Assembly (NCBI GenBank): GCA_964016885.1
Contig: OZ024762.1
Span: forward strand, 8,494,001-8,558,000
From: Eledone cirrhosa
Taxonomy: Eukaryota
DNA: 64,000 bases
Direction of reading: 5' to 3'
Shown: piece after piece, positions 38,885 through 53,812 of the stretch
Layout of the letters: each line of letters starts with the position of its first letter
How positions within the stretch are numbered: position 1 is the first letter of the stretch
Position numbers and translations under genes: made by a program
The notes under the pieces: model-generated
Databases searched by the model: none
Told to the model about the DNA's origin: nothing
The model's input: the letters and a program-made list of their open reading frames with translations, nothing else

Positions 38885-39672
38885 TTATTTATTTAGTAAG
38901 AAAAAGTTACGCCCCTTAACGATCTGAGTTCAAATCCCCCCGAGGTTAACTTTGCCTTTCATCCTTATGGGGTCGATAAAATAAAGTACCAGTCACGCAC
39001 TAGGGTCGATTTTATCGACTTTCCCCTCCCCCAAAATTGCTGGCCTTGTGCCTATATAAGAAACCGTTATTAAAGGCGGTGGATTAGCAGTATCGGTAGA
39101 GGGTCTGACGCCATGCTTTGCAGCATATAGTTATAGCCCTTTGTATTATGAGTTCAAATTCCGCCGAGGATAGTTTTGCCTTTCGTCCTTACGGGGTCAA
39201 TAAAATAAAGTTACCAGTAACACACTGGAGTGGATTTTATCGACTTTCCTTACGCTCAAAATTGTTGGCCTTGTGCCTAAATCAGAAACCATTATTAACT
39301 CTATGCGTTGTAGCATAGAGTTATGCCCTTTACGTTCTGAGTTCAAATCCCGCCGAGGTTAGCTGTGCCTTTTATCCTTACGGGGTCGAGAAAATAAAGT
39401 ACCAGTCACGCACTGGGGCCGATTTAATTGACTTTACCCTTGCCCAAAATTCTTGGCCTTGTGCCTAAATTAGAAACCATTATTATTGGCAGTATCGGTG
39501 GAGGGTCGGACGCCATGCTTTCCAGCATAGAGTTACGTCCCTTTACTGTCTGAGTTCAAATACCGCCGAGGTTAACCTTGCCTTTCATCCTTACGAGGTC
39601 GATAAAATAAAGTACCAGTAATGCACTGGGTAATTGCTGGCCTTGTGCCTAAAGTAGAAACAATTATTATTA
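38885..39672 (+). mobile_element. Stack of four head-to-tail tRNA-derived SINEs (Meta-domain-like core)
   Basis: A box TGGCAGTATCGG, B box GAGTTCAAATCC, core gcctttcatccttacggggtcgataaaataaagtaccag, (ATT) tail. More than 25 full or partial copies in the window, e.g. 1633-1815, 2979-3163, 32913-33100, 41468-41855, 45702-45887, 58743-58927. Confidence 0.9.
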
Positions 39673-39817
39673 TTTTAATGAAAAATGATTTAATTATACC
39701 GTTTTCGGTAACCCCGGTCGATTAACTCACTCGATATGCAAATTAGGCTGCTCAGTCGTTAATATGCATAAGGAAAGTATATACTTTCAGACGTTTAATC
39801 ATCTGGCAGGAAGGTAT

Positions 39818-39860
39818 ACGTTGCTGACGATAGCTAATAAGCTTGAAACTAGTACAGCGT
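39818..39860 (+). ncRNA. Minimal type I hammerhead ribozyme
   Basis: Stem I acgttg/cagcgt. CTGACGA at 39824-39830. Stem II AGCT-aata-AGCT. GAAA, then palindromic stem III ACTAGT. Cleavage after GUA at 39854. Confidence 0.7.
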
Positions 39861-42800
39861 TCCTTTGTCAGTGTTGAAGAAATGAACAACGATGGTTGCT
39901 AGACACTACGGCTTAATTCGGGATGTTTGTTTACAAACACACCGAGCATTGTAATAAATGTTCGGTGAATCCATACGTACATATATATATGTGTGCATGT
40001 ATGTATATATATATATACTACTGTACGTCTGTATACATATATGTATGTACGTATACATACTTAGATTTAATTATATCGAAATATGTAGGGCGGTGTATTG
40101 GCAGCACCGGTAGAGCGTCGGACAGCATGCTTTATGGCATATAGTTACGTCCCTCAAGAGATACAGAAAATAGTGTTGACTGGCATTATCAATGTCCTGA
40201 GAAGGGCATTACTCTTTTACTCTTTTACCTGTTCCAGCCATCCGGCTGAGGTCATGCTTGGGCACCGCTCTTTAGAAAATTTAAAAAGATTAACTGGACA
40301 CACTACATGTATTTCCTGATTAGGATTGAACCTGAGACCAGGATCTCCACCAGTTCTAATACATCCCACAAGGCCACAGAGATAGCATTATAAATTCAAA
40401 TATTTTGAAAAGTCATTTACTGTTGTTTATGCCTTTATAGTGTCATTTGTATGACAATTGATTGTAAAATCTGTGTACTATCAAATTCTGCCTCGGGTGC
40501 CAGGTAGACACGCAACAAGATATGGGAAAGAAGCAGAATTCGGTGGAGCGTCGGACAACATGCTTTGTCGGACATAGAATTACGGCCTTTTATGTTCTGA
40601 GTTTAAACCCCGCTGAGTTTAGCTTTTCCATTCGTCCTTGCAGGGTCGATAAAATAAAGTACCAGTAGCATACTGGGCTCGATTTAATCGACTTTCTCCA
40701 CCCCCAAAATGGTTGGCCTTGAACCTAAATCAAAAACCATAATATCTAGATAAACGATGTACATGAAATTATACAATGGCAAAGTTCATATTTTTTTCAT
40801 AAACAAATATGCAAACAAAAAAGATAGCTTGAAATTACAAACACAAATGCCAGAGCTATCAAAATTCACCAGTCCAAACTAAAGAGGTCGTCTAGGTGTC
40901 ACGACAAAAAAAGCACCCAGTCCACGTTGTAAAGTAGTCGTGTAGGGGACACGGTAAAAAAGCCTCCCACTCCACACTGTAAATGTGGTTGGTGTTAGGA
41001 AGGGCATACAGCCGTAGAAAACCTGCCAGAAAAAGTCCTATACGAGCGAGACACGGTCACCTGACCAATCTTGCCTCAAGTGGGACAATTCCCGTCTAAC
41101 TCATGCTAGTGTGAAAGATAGACGTTAAACAATGATTATGATGATGATGATGATGACACCAGCAGTTCCCAAATGGTGCTGCGGAGGAGTAGGGTAGGTG
41201 GAATGATTGAAAGACAATCAAAGATTTAGCAACAGTTTCAAGAAATTCATATCCCAAAAATAGATATGACAAATATCTAAAATCAAAAAAGGGAAAGGCT
41301 CCTTTGTGTTGATGAGCAGGTGAGAGTTTGTTTAACTCAAGTTAGCCCTAATATAAGGGAGATTACTCTTCAAAAACAAGCTCGTACCTTTCATTAAATT
41401 TGTGTACTTTAATGATGTAATTACCATTTATTTAAGTATTCACTGTTGTATAAAAAAGAAATATAATAATTGTTTCTATTTTTGGCACAAGGCCAGTAAT
41501 TACCCCAGTGTATTACGGGTACTTTATTTTATCGACCCCGTAAGAATGAAAGATAAAGTAAACCTCAGCGGGATTTGAACTCAGAATGTAAAGGGTCATA
41601 ACTCTATGCTGCAAAGCATGGTGTCTGAGCCTCTACCGATACTGCCAAACCACCGCCCAATAATTGTTTCTACTTTTGGCACAAGACCATCAATTATCCC
41701 AGTGTATTACGGGTACTTTATTTTATCGACCCAGTAAGGATGAAAGGTAAAGTTAACCTCGGCGGAATTTGAACTCCAACCGTAAAGGGCTGTAACTCTA
41801 TGCTGCAAAGCATGGTGTCCGACCCTCTACCGATACAGCCAATCCAACGCCCAATAATATAATGCTTACAGAACGAAAGCACAAACAAATATAATATAAA
41901 GGAAAGGGAGAGGGAAAAAAAAAAGAATGGAAAAGAAAGAGAAAAGACAAAAAAACAAATTTTACACAGAAGCGTTTAGCACACACAACAGGGACCACAT
42001 ACAACAACAGGCAGGCGAAAGGGGTGGCCAATCGAGCCGCTACAAGAGTAAAAGATAACAGTATCACGAGAAGAATCGGGAAACCTCTCTAATCATACTA
42101 CTTTGACGCTAAACTCCGCCAGTTGCAGACTGCGCATGACCATGAATATTTTTCTCCACAAAGTTCGATCACTAAAAGCAGAGTTTAAAGAGCAAAGATC
42201 AAGTCCAGTCCATAGGTTGACATTATCAAGCCATCGTTTTGGCTGCTGGCCTCTGCTTCTCTTACCAGCCAACCTTCCTTCTCTAATCATAGTATAAGTT
42301 ATTTATGTTATATATTATATTTAACGAATTATTAGTCGTTGTTTTTTTTTTATATTAAATGTACTTTTTATCACATAAAATTTGGTGAGGCGCTAGCAAA
42401 TTTTCATTCCGAAATGTGCGGCCTAGATAAAAAAGTTTGGGAACCACTGACATACACAGATATATCTCTACTGCTATAATATGGTATGGTCCCATACCTC
42501 CCATCGGACGCGTATGGACGCGTATGGACGCCGCTTTCATGTGCGGATTTTATAGGGCATTTGTCAACTTGGCAAACCCCAATCTTCTTCCCGTTTGAAG
42601 ACAGCAGATTTATTCCTGAGAAAGATAGAGAGAGAGTGAAAGATAGGAGGTAAGAGATAGATATAAAAAAAAAAATTCGATCGCAGTACTAGACTGGTAC
42701 TTCTTTTTATTGACCTCGAAAGGATGAAAGGTAAAGTTGACCTCCACGGGATTTGAATAGAGCATAGAGCAGTGAACTGAAACGAATACCTCAAAGCATT

Positions 42801-43968
42801 CAATCCGACGACATAACGACTCTGCTAATTAGTTGCCATATCTCTATTACTTAATTACATAAATATTTCGCATGAAAATATAGAATCAAAACGAAAAAAA
42901 TATTAAGTCAACACAAAGTGTGTCAATCTGTCACACACTACAAGTAGTACTGGAGCCTCCCTCTAGTACTTTTAGAGGCAAGCCAACACACTGGCAGCAT
43001 AACCACGGGCGAGGTTAAGGCGCTGGAAGAACCAAGCACCCTCACAGGCATTACCAGATACCTCGGCCAGGCGAGCTGCCAATGATGACAAGAACTTCGT
43101 TGTCAGCTACACAACTCCTCCAAACCAAACATCCCAAACGCCATAGGCTGGAAAAATAGTTTGCAGATAATTCCCGGTATTTTAGAATTTTATTCCGTTC
43201 GGTTACGGAAGCAGTGACCCTCACATTTACCGCAGCATCCAGAGACATGCCAACCTCTAAAAACCCAAACGGAAGAGTACCATGAAAAAACCCAGGGTAT
43301 GGTAAGCATGGTCTGTGCCATGGACCCCACATGAAGTGGGTTGTGCCGCTTGGACTATGAACACCTATTACAGTGTGATTTTGACCGCATCATAGACAAT
43401 TTGCATCGGTAAGCATGGAAGATGGAGATGTAATTTTCAGGTATTGTTTTCAATTAAACAATCAACTAACATGATTGGTATTTTTTAGTTGATCTTGTGA
43501 TTATCTGAAAGGTGGGTGTCAGATATTTGGACAGGGTGCAATTTCACTGCTGGCCATAGGCAGGGTCTATGATCGGGGGGAGGGGTCCAGTTGGTACTTT
43601 GTTTCAGGGTCAAAGAGCAACCATGAAATATCCATTTCGAGGAAAATCTTTGCTTGATTCGGGCCCCAAAAGGGTCTTGTATCGCCATGCAAAATTTCTC
43701 TTGGAGGCCCTAGCCATAGGCGTTATTTTCCATAATTATACCTCTGTTGTTAGGTATCAATTCTCCTCTAAGTACAAACATTTCTTTCTTTCATTTGTTA
43801 TTGTCACTGATTGTCCCAAATGAGACATCTACCTCTTACCCAGGGACAAACGGTAAGACCATGAGTTTGGTACATAACTTTAAAATATTCTTCCTTAGGA
43901 TTGTTGGACTTACCTGTCGGGTAAATAAGCTACAGCTTAGGGCCATACCCTCGGAGACCTCGTTTTTT

Positions 43969-44187
43969 TTAACCCTTTAGTATTTAAACCGGCCAGAATT
44001 CTCTCACCTCTTTCTGTTCAAACCAGCTGTAGCTGGTCACTTATACTGATGTTAAGGTATTGTTCTCAAAATAAACTATATCAAAATCTCATAGATTCAA
44101 TATTATGTGAGATAATTATGTAAGATAAAGACTTTACCATGAAAATACAATAGTAAATATAAAGTAATGTAAATGCTAAAGGGTTAA
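43969..44187. mobile_element. piggyBac-type MITE (also 1037-1434 with nested SINE, 45174-45389, 58451-58675, fragments at 31010-31373)
   Basis: TTAA target sites flank TIRs CCCTTTAG(C/T)ATTTA / TAAATGCTAAAGGG. No ORF. Confidence 0.8.
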
Positions 44188-46359
44188 TAGGTATTTTATT
44201 ATTAGTTCTTTTAACAATAAATCAACAAACATTATATATATTATTTATTCTTTATCATTAACATTAATATAAAAAGTAATGATAATCGTATAATTATTGT
44301 TTCTACGTTTGGCACAAGGCCAGCAATTAGCCCAGTGCATTACTGGTACTTTATTTTCTCGACCCCGTAAGGATGAAAGGCAAAGTTAACCCCGGCGGGA
44401 TTTGAACTCAGATCGTAATAGTATGATTATGTTTTTCATGTTGAAATATCACGAATATGATCCCATTCTTATTGATCAAAAGTTATTCAATGATGGAAAT
44501 ATTAAAAAAGCATAAAAACAAAATTAAGTAATGGAAAAAAAGGGGTTAGGGGTAAAGAAGGGCAGATCTGGCTGTATGGGAAAGTAGAGGAAAGGAACTA
44601 CAAATGGTATGAGAGGAAAAGGAGGGAAAGTGCATGGACTATTAGACGATGAAAGAAAGAGAGGGGGAGGGGCGAGGGTAACAGACACCTAGGACAGAGC
44701 GGTGTTTCGGCTGCACCCTGCGGACAAAATTGCAAAGGCATTTCTGCGGACAATGGCCAGCGACACCCATTGTAACAGCCTCCTCCACCTCGCGGGGCTC
44801 CTTCGGACGGGCCTCTGTCGTTGCGATTTTACTGAGGAGCTCACCTGTATGGGATCCGAGGACGCCTGAGGTTTCGACGGCGACCAGAAAATGTTTTTAG
44901 AGAAGGGCCTCAAATTTCATATAGCTTAGGGCCTCAGCAGATGAAAGTCCGGCCTTATTCCTTAGCACTATTTTTTTTCTTTTAAATAGAAATATGGGGC
45001 GTGTGTGACCCAGTGTTGGTCTTATGATCCTTATATTGTAGATTCAATTCCTGAAACCAGGTGATGCATTGTGTTCTTGAGCAAAACACTTCATTTCACT
45101 TTGCTCCAGTACACTGCGACGGACTGGCATCCTGTCCAAGGGGTTGGGGTGGATTTTTTTTTCGCTTAGTCGCTTAACCGTTTAGCATTTACATTACTCT
45201 ATAATTTCATAGTAACATCTTTACCTCACAGTTATCTCACATAATATCAAATCTATGAGATTTTTATATTATTTATTTTGAGAACAATACCTTAACATCA
45301 TTATGAGGGGGCCTGTTATGGCCGGTTTAAGCAGAAAGAGGTGAGAGAGTTCTGGCTGGATACAGCCGGTTTAAATGCTAAAGGGTTAACGTCAATGAAA
45401 GATCCCATCTCAGGATAAGTACCGGTCTGATGAGGCGCTGGGTTTGGGACAGACTTTAAATTTAAAATAGGTTTGTCATCATAGAATTGAAGCGGGTTTT
45501 ATGTGGTTTAGAGCTAAATGTGACATCCCTGGTGAGTGACTTACTTTTCACTCCCCACCCCATCAAAGTGGTGGACGTGTAGTGGGTGGAGTGATATAAG
45601 AGCCAGAGTACCGTATTTCCCGGCGTCGAAGACGCTACTTTTTTCCTAAAATAAGCCTAAAAAATCTACCATGCGTCCTGGAGGCCGAAGGTTGTTTATT
45701 ATGGATTGGCAGTATCGGTAGAGGGTTGGACGCCATGCTTTGACGCATTAGAGTTACGGCCCTTGCCATTCTGAGTTCAAATCCCGCCGAGGTTAACTTT
45801 GCCTTTCATCCTTACGGGGTCGATAAAATAAAGTACCAGTAATACACTGGATAATTGCTGGCATTGTGCTAAAAATAGAAACAATTACAATTCTATATAA
45901 GAACCTTCTCTTCTAAACACCAACTCAATAATGAGAATGATAGTTTTATATTATTATTGTTTTGAAATGTGTTAAATCAGTGGTTCCTAACCTTTTGTGC
46001 ACTGAAGGTTGTTTATTATTTTTTTTCAAATATTTGGTTGTCAAAATTAGGGTTCATTCTCGAGGACGAAGCGTTTTCGGCCCCGGGAAATACGGTAAGT
46101 GGAGGGATGGGGAACAAACAAAAAAACATGAGAGAGTGTACAGATTGTCGCAAAATATATCTCAGATGAAGGACACCTTTTCCTCTGAAACAGAAAAAAA
46201 AGGGGGGAGGGTGATTACCCCTAAATCCTCACCTGGAGCCTTTTGGCTTCCACCAAAGAAATACTGGGCGGTCTGTTCTGATTTTCGTTTCGCCGGTACT
46301 TTTTGCTTTTCATTTGATTGTGTCAATGAGTCCTGTTTAAACAACAAACACAATACAAA

Positions 46360-47572
<1,213 letters not shown>

Positions 47573-47818
47573 TAGAATGTATGGAAGCCACTAACCCTTT
47601 GAGTGTGAAATTCCTGCACACTTCTTTGAGTGCCCATTCGAGAGAGACAGGGTAAAATTAAACACATGGTGTCTCTTGATAAGTACCTGTAGAGAGAGCA
47701 AGACAATAAGGTATAATGGGAGAGGGGTGAGAGAGGGAGAGAGTGGTGGAGTGAATAAGTGAGAGAGAAGGGTGAGAGAGGGAGAGAGTGATGGAGCGAG
47801 TAAGAGAGAGAGAGAGAA

Positions 47819-48678
47819 GGTGACACTGACTAACACATCCCCGAGGGCCAGAGGTGTGTTTTCACAGCTCAGCTATAGTGACACTGACTTACAGACTACT
47901 GAGGACCAGAGGTGTGTTTTCACAGCTCAGCTATGGTGACACTGACTTACAGACTGCTGAGGACCAGAGGTGTGTTTTCACAGCTCAGCTATGGTGACAC
48001 TGACTTACAGACTACTGAGGGCCAGAGGTGTGTTTTCACAGCTCAGCTATGGTGACACTGACTTACAGACTACTGAGGGCCAGAGGTGTGTTTTCACAGC
48101 TCAGCTATGGTGACACTGACTTACAGACTACTGAGGGCCAGAGGTGTGTTTTCACAGCTCAGCTATGGTGACACTGACTTAGAGACTACTGAGGGCCAGA
48201 GGTGTGTTTTCACAGCTCAGCTATGGTGACACTGACTTACAGACTACTGAGGGCCAGAGGTGTGTTTTCACAGCTCAGCTATGGTGACACTGACTTAGAG
48301 ACTACTGAGGGCCAGAGGTGTGTTTTCACAGCTCAGCTATGGTGACACTGACTTACAGACTACTGAGGGCCAGAGGTATGTTTTCACAGCTCAGCTATGG
48401 TGACACTGACTTACAGACTGCTGAGGACCAGAGGTGTGTTTTCACAGCTCAGCTATGGTGACACTGACTTACAGACTACTGAGGGGCAGAGGTGTGTTTT
48501 CACAGCTCAGCTATGGTGACACTGACTTACAGACTGCTGAGGACCAGCGGTGTGTTTTCACAGCACAGCTATGGTGACACTGACTTACAGACTGCTGAGG
48601 ACCAGCGGTGTGTTTTCACAGCTCAGCTAAGGAGACATTGACTAAACATACTGTTGAGGGCCAGAGGTGTGTTTTCAA
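47819..48678. repeat. 58-bp tandem repeat, about 15 units
   Basis: Unit gaggtgtgttttcacagctcagctatggtgacactgacttacagactactgagggcca, at 47851, 47909, 47967 and onward. Confidence 0.96.
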
Positions 48679-49066
48679 TGCTTAGTTAATCTGACACTGA
48701 CAGACTGAGGACTTGAGATGTGTTTTCAAAGCTCGGGTGTGTGTGAAGGAGAGAGAGGGGATGGGCATGTTTGTGTAGTAGAGAGAAAGAGAGAGAGAGA
48801 GTGGATATGTGTGTGTGAGAGAGAGAGAGAGAGGGAGAGGGGGTATGTGTGTATGAGAGAGAGAGAGAGGTGTGTGTGTGTGTGTATGGGAGAGAGGTGT
48901 GTGGGGTGTGTGTGGGGGGGGGGGGGGGGGGGAGAGAAAGAGGTATGTGTGTGGGAGAGAGAGAGAGAGGTGTGTGTGTGTGGGGGGAGAGAGAGAGAGA
49001 GAGAGAATGGTATATATAGTGAAAAAAAATAACATATTTAACTCGTTTCTGAAATCTACCAAACAC

Positions 49067-49144
<78 letters not shown>

Positions 49145-49361
49145 CAGTCTATCGACTTTCGTCAAATCGGACCGAGGAGACAATGTTTCCATTGGTCTTT
49201 CCAATTGCTAATACTATCTATCGATCGCAGCTCCAGGTAGAAGGAGCAACGGGAAATAAAGTGTCTTGCTCAAGCATATAACTCATCGCCCGGTCCAGGA
49301 ATCGAACTCACAACCTTACGATTGCGAATCCAATTCTCTAACCACACAGCCACGCGCCTTC

Positions 49362-49444
<83 letters not shown>

Positions 49445-49661
49445 CACACACATACACATACATGCATATATACATATATACACACAAGAGCTGTTAAAAT
49501 CGGATGAACTCGGAATCAACGGCCATCCACCCCAACTATGGGTTAAATAGCCTCACCAATCCACAATTGGCCACCCCTGGCATGATTAAAACCAAACTGA
49601 GTGCGGTGGAGGTAAACCAGGGAGGGGTTCCTCCAAAAGGAGTGAAAAGGCCCTGGATTTG

Positions 49662-49692
<31 letters not shown>

Positions 49693-49716
49693 CATATATA
49701 TACATACATACATACA

Positions 49717-49748
<32 letters not shown>

Positions 49749-50519
49749 CGTATATGATATGAATATATATAAATTACTGCAACCTTTTGACAATGCCCTA
49801 GAGTTCCTTTACTTTCTTTGGTCCATACAAGTCCTTAGGTTAGACGACAATGCAACAAAACCCAAATCTGCGTTCAAAAAAACCATCACACGCGCTCGAA
49901 ACCGTTTCTCTGTCTTGACAAACGCCATTTGTCCATGTCGCCAATTTAAGTTCTCTGTTGTTCTGTTGAGTCTCTCTCCGTGGCACGTTGTAAAACTTCT
50001 GAACGTTACAAGCATTATCTTTTCATTCATAAATAACTTCCTGGGTTATTTCCTCTGCAAAGTCGGAAAGACGGCGGCCCGCTTGAGGAAGGAGCCCCCC
50101 CCCCCCCCGTGAGGTGGAGTGGCAGTTGCAGCGGGTGTCACTGTTCATTCTCCGCGGTAAGCCTTTTGCCGTTTTGCCTGCGGGGCGCGGCTGAAGCACC
50201 GCTCAGACTGGGGTGTAATGACTGTCACTCCCCCTCTCTCTTTCTTTCGTTGCTTGGAGGTGGGGGGTTTTCTCTAAAGACCTTCTGTTGTCCAGCTCTC
50301 CCGAGAGTTTCTTACCACTTTCTCATTTTCATTTCCTTTTTTCCCCCTTTTTCTGTTTCCTTTAATAATGTGTTCCCTTCTTGGGTTGAATCTTTCAGCG
50401 CATCTCCTTTGCTATTTTGTTTGCTGGGACTAAGAGACAACGCCCTCATGAGGTTTTGCACTTCAGAGAGGCAGATCGATCGTGGTCACTTTCCATAACT
50501 GCTTCCATTGTCAACGATA

Positions 50520-51030
50520 AAGTCTGTTATCTGTTTAGTGTCTAAGAGATCTACAACTACGGACCGTCTGTATATCCTGGCTGAAATAGCCCCACCAGAC
50601 ATACGGCGAAGTGCAGCAAGCAAGAAAGAGCGTCAACAACAGACTACAAATCGAAAACATCCTCTCTTCGACCATGTGCCAGCCAAAAACCGCCTTAAAT
50701 CCAGGAAAAGTTTCCTAAAGAGTGATAAGTAGTGAAAGAGTCATTCGCTGAGAAGAAAAACTTAACAACCTCCCATCAGTAACAGTAATGGTGCTAAAGG
50801 CAGGCGAGGCATTGTCACCTGGAACAGATACAAACTATGCAGTGTAGAAATGCCTAAACAGACTAAGATCTGATGTTGGACGTGCAAAAGTCACCCTCGT
50901 AAAATGCGGCATCGAACCACAGACTACACAACACCTCCTGATATGTCCGCTGCTGGAACACCCCTGTACAGCATTGGACTTGGCAGAGTTTAATGAGAAA
51001 AGACACCAATGTGTTCAGCTCCGCTGGAAC
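50520..51030 (+). mobile_element. Decayed RTE-like LINE 3' fragment (third family)
   Basis: LYILAEIAPPDIRR...HPLF...NRLKSRKSFL, then LNRLRS and QHLLICP remnants with frameshifts. Confidence 0.6.
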
Positions 51031-52174
51031 CAGGTGATCAGCCTCTGGGCTCCCATATCATTGTTATGACTGTATTAAATTTGTTTTTTTCTTCGTAATG
51101 TCCCAAGTATCGGCTACCCTCGGATAGGTTTGTGGTAGAGCCTGTAGCAGTGGAGACTTCCGACGTTCTTGGGCCTCGGAGCGGAGTTCGCCGCTCGCAG
51201 GTGCGAGGTGGAGAGGCTGTGTCAGCGTATCACCCTTACCGTCCTCTGGGGCAATGTGTTCTCCATCCTGTCTGCCGGGACCCAGAGGCGGAGGGTAAGT
51301 TAGTTGGTGGCAGTGGATACTCATTCGGACGTCACTTCCACTCATAATACATAACATTATATTGATAGCCGGGGTCGATAAAATAAAGTACCAGTAATGT
51401 ACTGAGTAATTGCTGGCCTTGTGCCAAAAATAGAAACAATTATATTGATAGCCGAGGTTAACTTTGTCTTTCATCCTTACGGGGTCGATAAAATAAAGTA
51501 CCAGTAATGCACTGGGTAATTGCTGGCCTTGTGCCAAAAGTAGAAACAATTATTATAGGGCGGTGGATTGGCAGTATCGGTAGAACGTCAGACACCATGC
51601 TTTGCAGCATGGAGTTATGGCCCTTTACGTTCTGAGTTCAAATCCCGCCGCGGTTAACTTTGCCTTTCATCCTTACGGGGTCGATAAAATAAAACACCAG
51701 TAATACACTGAGGTAATTGCTGGCCTTGTGCCAAAAGTAGAGACAATCAGTAGCTCAGAACAATCGCCACAAAATCAACAAGAACAACTATTTCTCTCAT
51801 AAAACTCATAGCTGTAATTTCCATGTTTTATTTGGCTGGTATAACGAGATAGATTTAATAACATAATTTTAGTTTTTTTTCTAGGTAAATACATGTAATT
51901 TATTATTGTACAAAATATAATTTAGAGATATATTAGATGAAAGAATGGTATTTAACTAATGTATTGGTATGCGATGGGGCCCACCCACAGCCCCGGCGGA
52001 CAGAATGGAGAAAGCGTTTCCCCGGTTGACGGCAAGGGAGACGCGCTGAAAAAGAGAGAGAGAAAGAGAGAGAGAAAGAATGAAAGAGGTGATATAAAGG
52101 GAAACAACTCCAGTTGACTCAAGTGTCGCCCTCTTGTTTATTTTAGTGAAATCTCTTTCTCTGTCATATCAGAC

Positions 52175-52243
52175 ATGGGGATTTGTTGCTGCGTACCTAC
52201 AGGATACGATCACCAAGATGAGAGGAATTTAAACGTTGTTCCA
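52175..52243 (+). CDS. SVIP: SVIP-like gene, coding exon 1 (MGICCCVPTGYDHQDERNLNVVP)
   Basis: ATG at 52175. The MG-x-CCC N-terminus fits myristoylation plus palmitoylation, as in SVIP (human MGLCFPC). Donor CCA|gtgagg at 52244 is phase 0 and compatible with exon 2. Confidence 0.8.
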
Positions 52244-52545
52244 GTGAGGGCTGTGTGTTTCTTCCTTCTCACTCTCTTAATATTTTTTCACTATACATAC
52301 ATACATACATACATAGATAAATTGATTGATAGATATGTGGTTGTGTGTATCACTCTGATAATTTCGCTTTTTCTTAAATGCGCTGTTAATGTCTTTATTA
52401 CTGTATAGATGTATTCCTACTTTCGATCTGTCTTGCTTAAACGAAAAGTTAGAAATTAGTTCATTATTCGATCCAGTTCTGTGTAGATAATCGATGATAA
52501 ATATTATTTCATGTTTACGATATGGTTTGCAGAAGGAACAAATCG

Positions 52546-52596
<51 letters not shown>

Positions 52597-52696
52597 TAAA
52601 ATAACAGATTAAAGTTTAAGCAAAGTTCTTATATATTTGATATATATTTATCCTTATCGAGCCCTCTTTGGATTTTACTCTTGAAATTACTATTAT

Positions 52697-52733
<37 letters not shown>

Positions 52734-53747
52734 TATCCCGAGTTCAATCGGGGGTTAACCACAGTAAGTAAGGTACTCAATACATAGCAGAGTATAAATA
52801 TTTAATATAGAAATGGCTTCTACAGGACTAGAACTGTTTCATTGGGGAGAAATCATATATATATATATATAATTCATATGTAAAAGATTTATGTATATAT
52901 AGAGAGAGAATATATGTATATATACTAAGTATATATTTCAGAGGCATATGTACTTAGTATATATACAATATTGTGTATTCTCTAATATATATGGTGCTTT
53001 CTCTCTATATATTTACATATATCTTTTACATTTGAATTAAAAACGTGTGTGTATAGGGTGCGGTAAAATACCAGGTATACTCGGTTCGGATCTAGCTATC
53101 GAAACGGCCGGAGCTCAGCCGTCGGGGTCCTGAATCTGTTTATATATATATATGATAGTAAGTAGAAGAAAAAAAAAGGGGGAGGATATATAAATACTCC
53201 ATTAATTACACTACAACAAGCAATGTTGCTGTTGTCTTCGAAATATTCGCTGTTGTTTAGATTCAAGTGAACAAACGATGGATCGAGCAGACATGATAAA
53301 ATGCTTTCCAGCCGTGACCATCCGGCCGTTTTAATAGGCCCTAGAATTACATTTATCTAAGACAAGATTTGCCTATGAATAACATTTTCGTATTACTCTA
53401 ACACCTGGTTGAGACGGTGCTAAACAGTATAACGAAATTATCAAACCACCGCGTCCGTATATATATTATATCACGATAAATTAACGGAGCCATAGACTCT
53501 CGCCATTCCCTGTAAATAATGTGCTCAAAGGAGAGGAAATCATGATCTCTTTAAAATACAATATGTTGTATTTTATATATATTATATATATAATATATAA
53601 TCAACATTTTGTATTTTATATATATTATATATATATATATATATATGAGGTGGGAGTTCTTCTCTGAAGACCTGCTGCCCAACTCCCTTTGAGTTTCTTA
53701 CCACTGTGTGTGTGTGCAGAGTGGGATTTACGTATAAGCTAAACAAG

Positions 53748-53812
<65 letters not shown>

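Noticed and set aside
40322-40385. tRNA gene on the - strand
   Set aside because: Only a B-box-like GGTTCAATCC and a weak A box; no cloverleaf. Probably a decayed SINE head.
47819-48678. Hammerhead-containing satellite
   Set aside because: CTGAGGA occurs in some units but there is no GAAA after a stem II on that strand.
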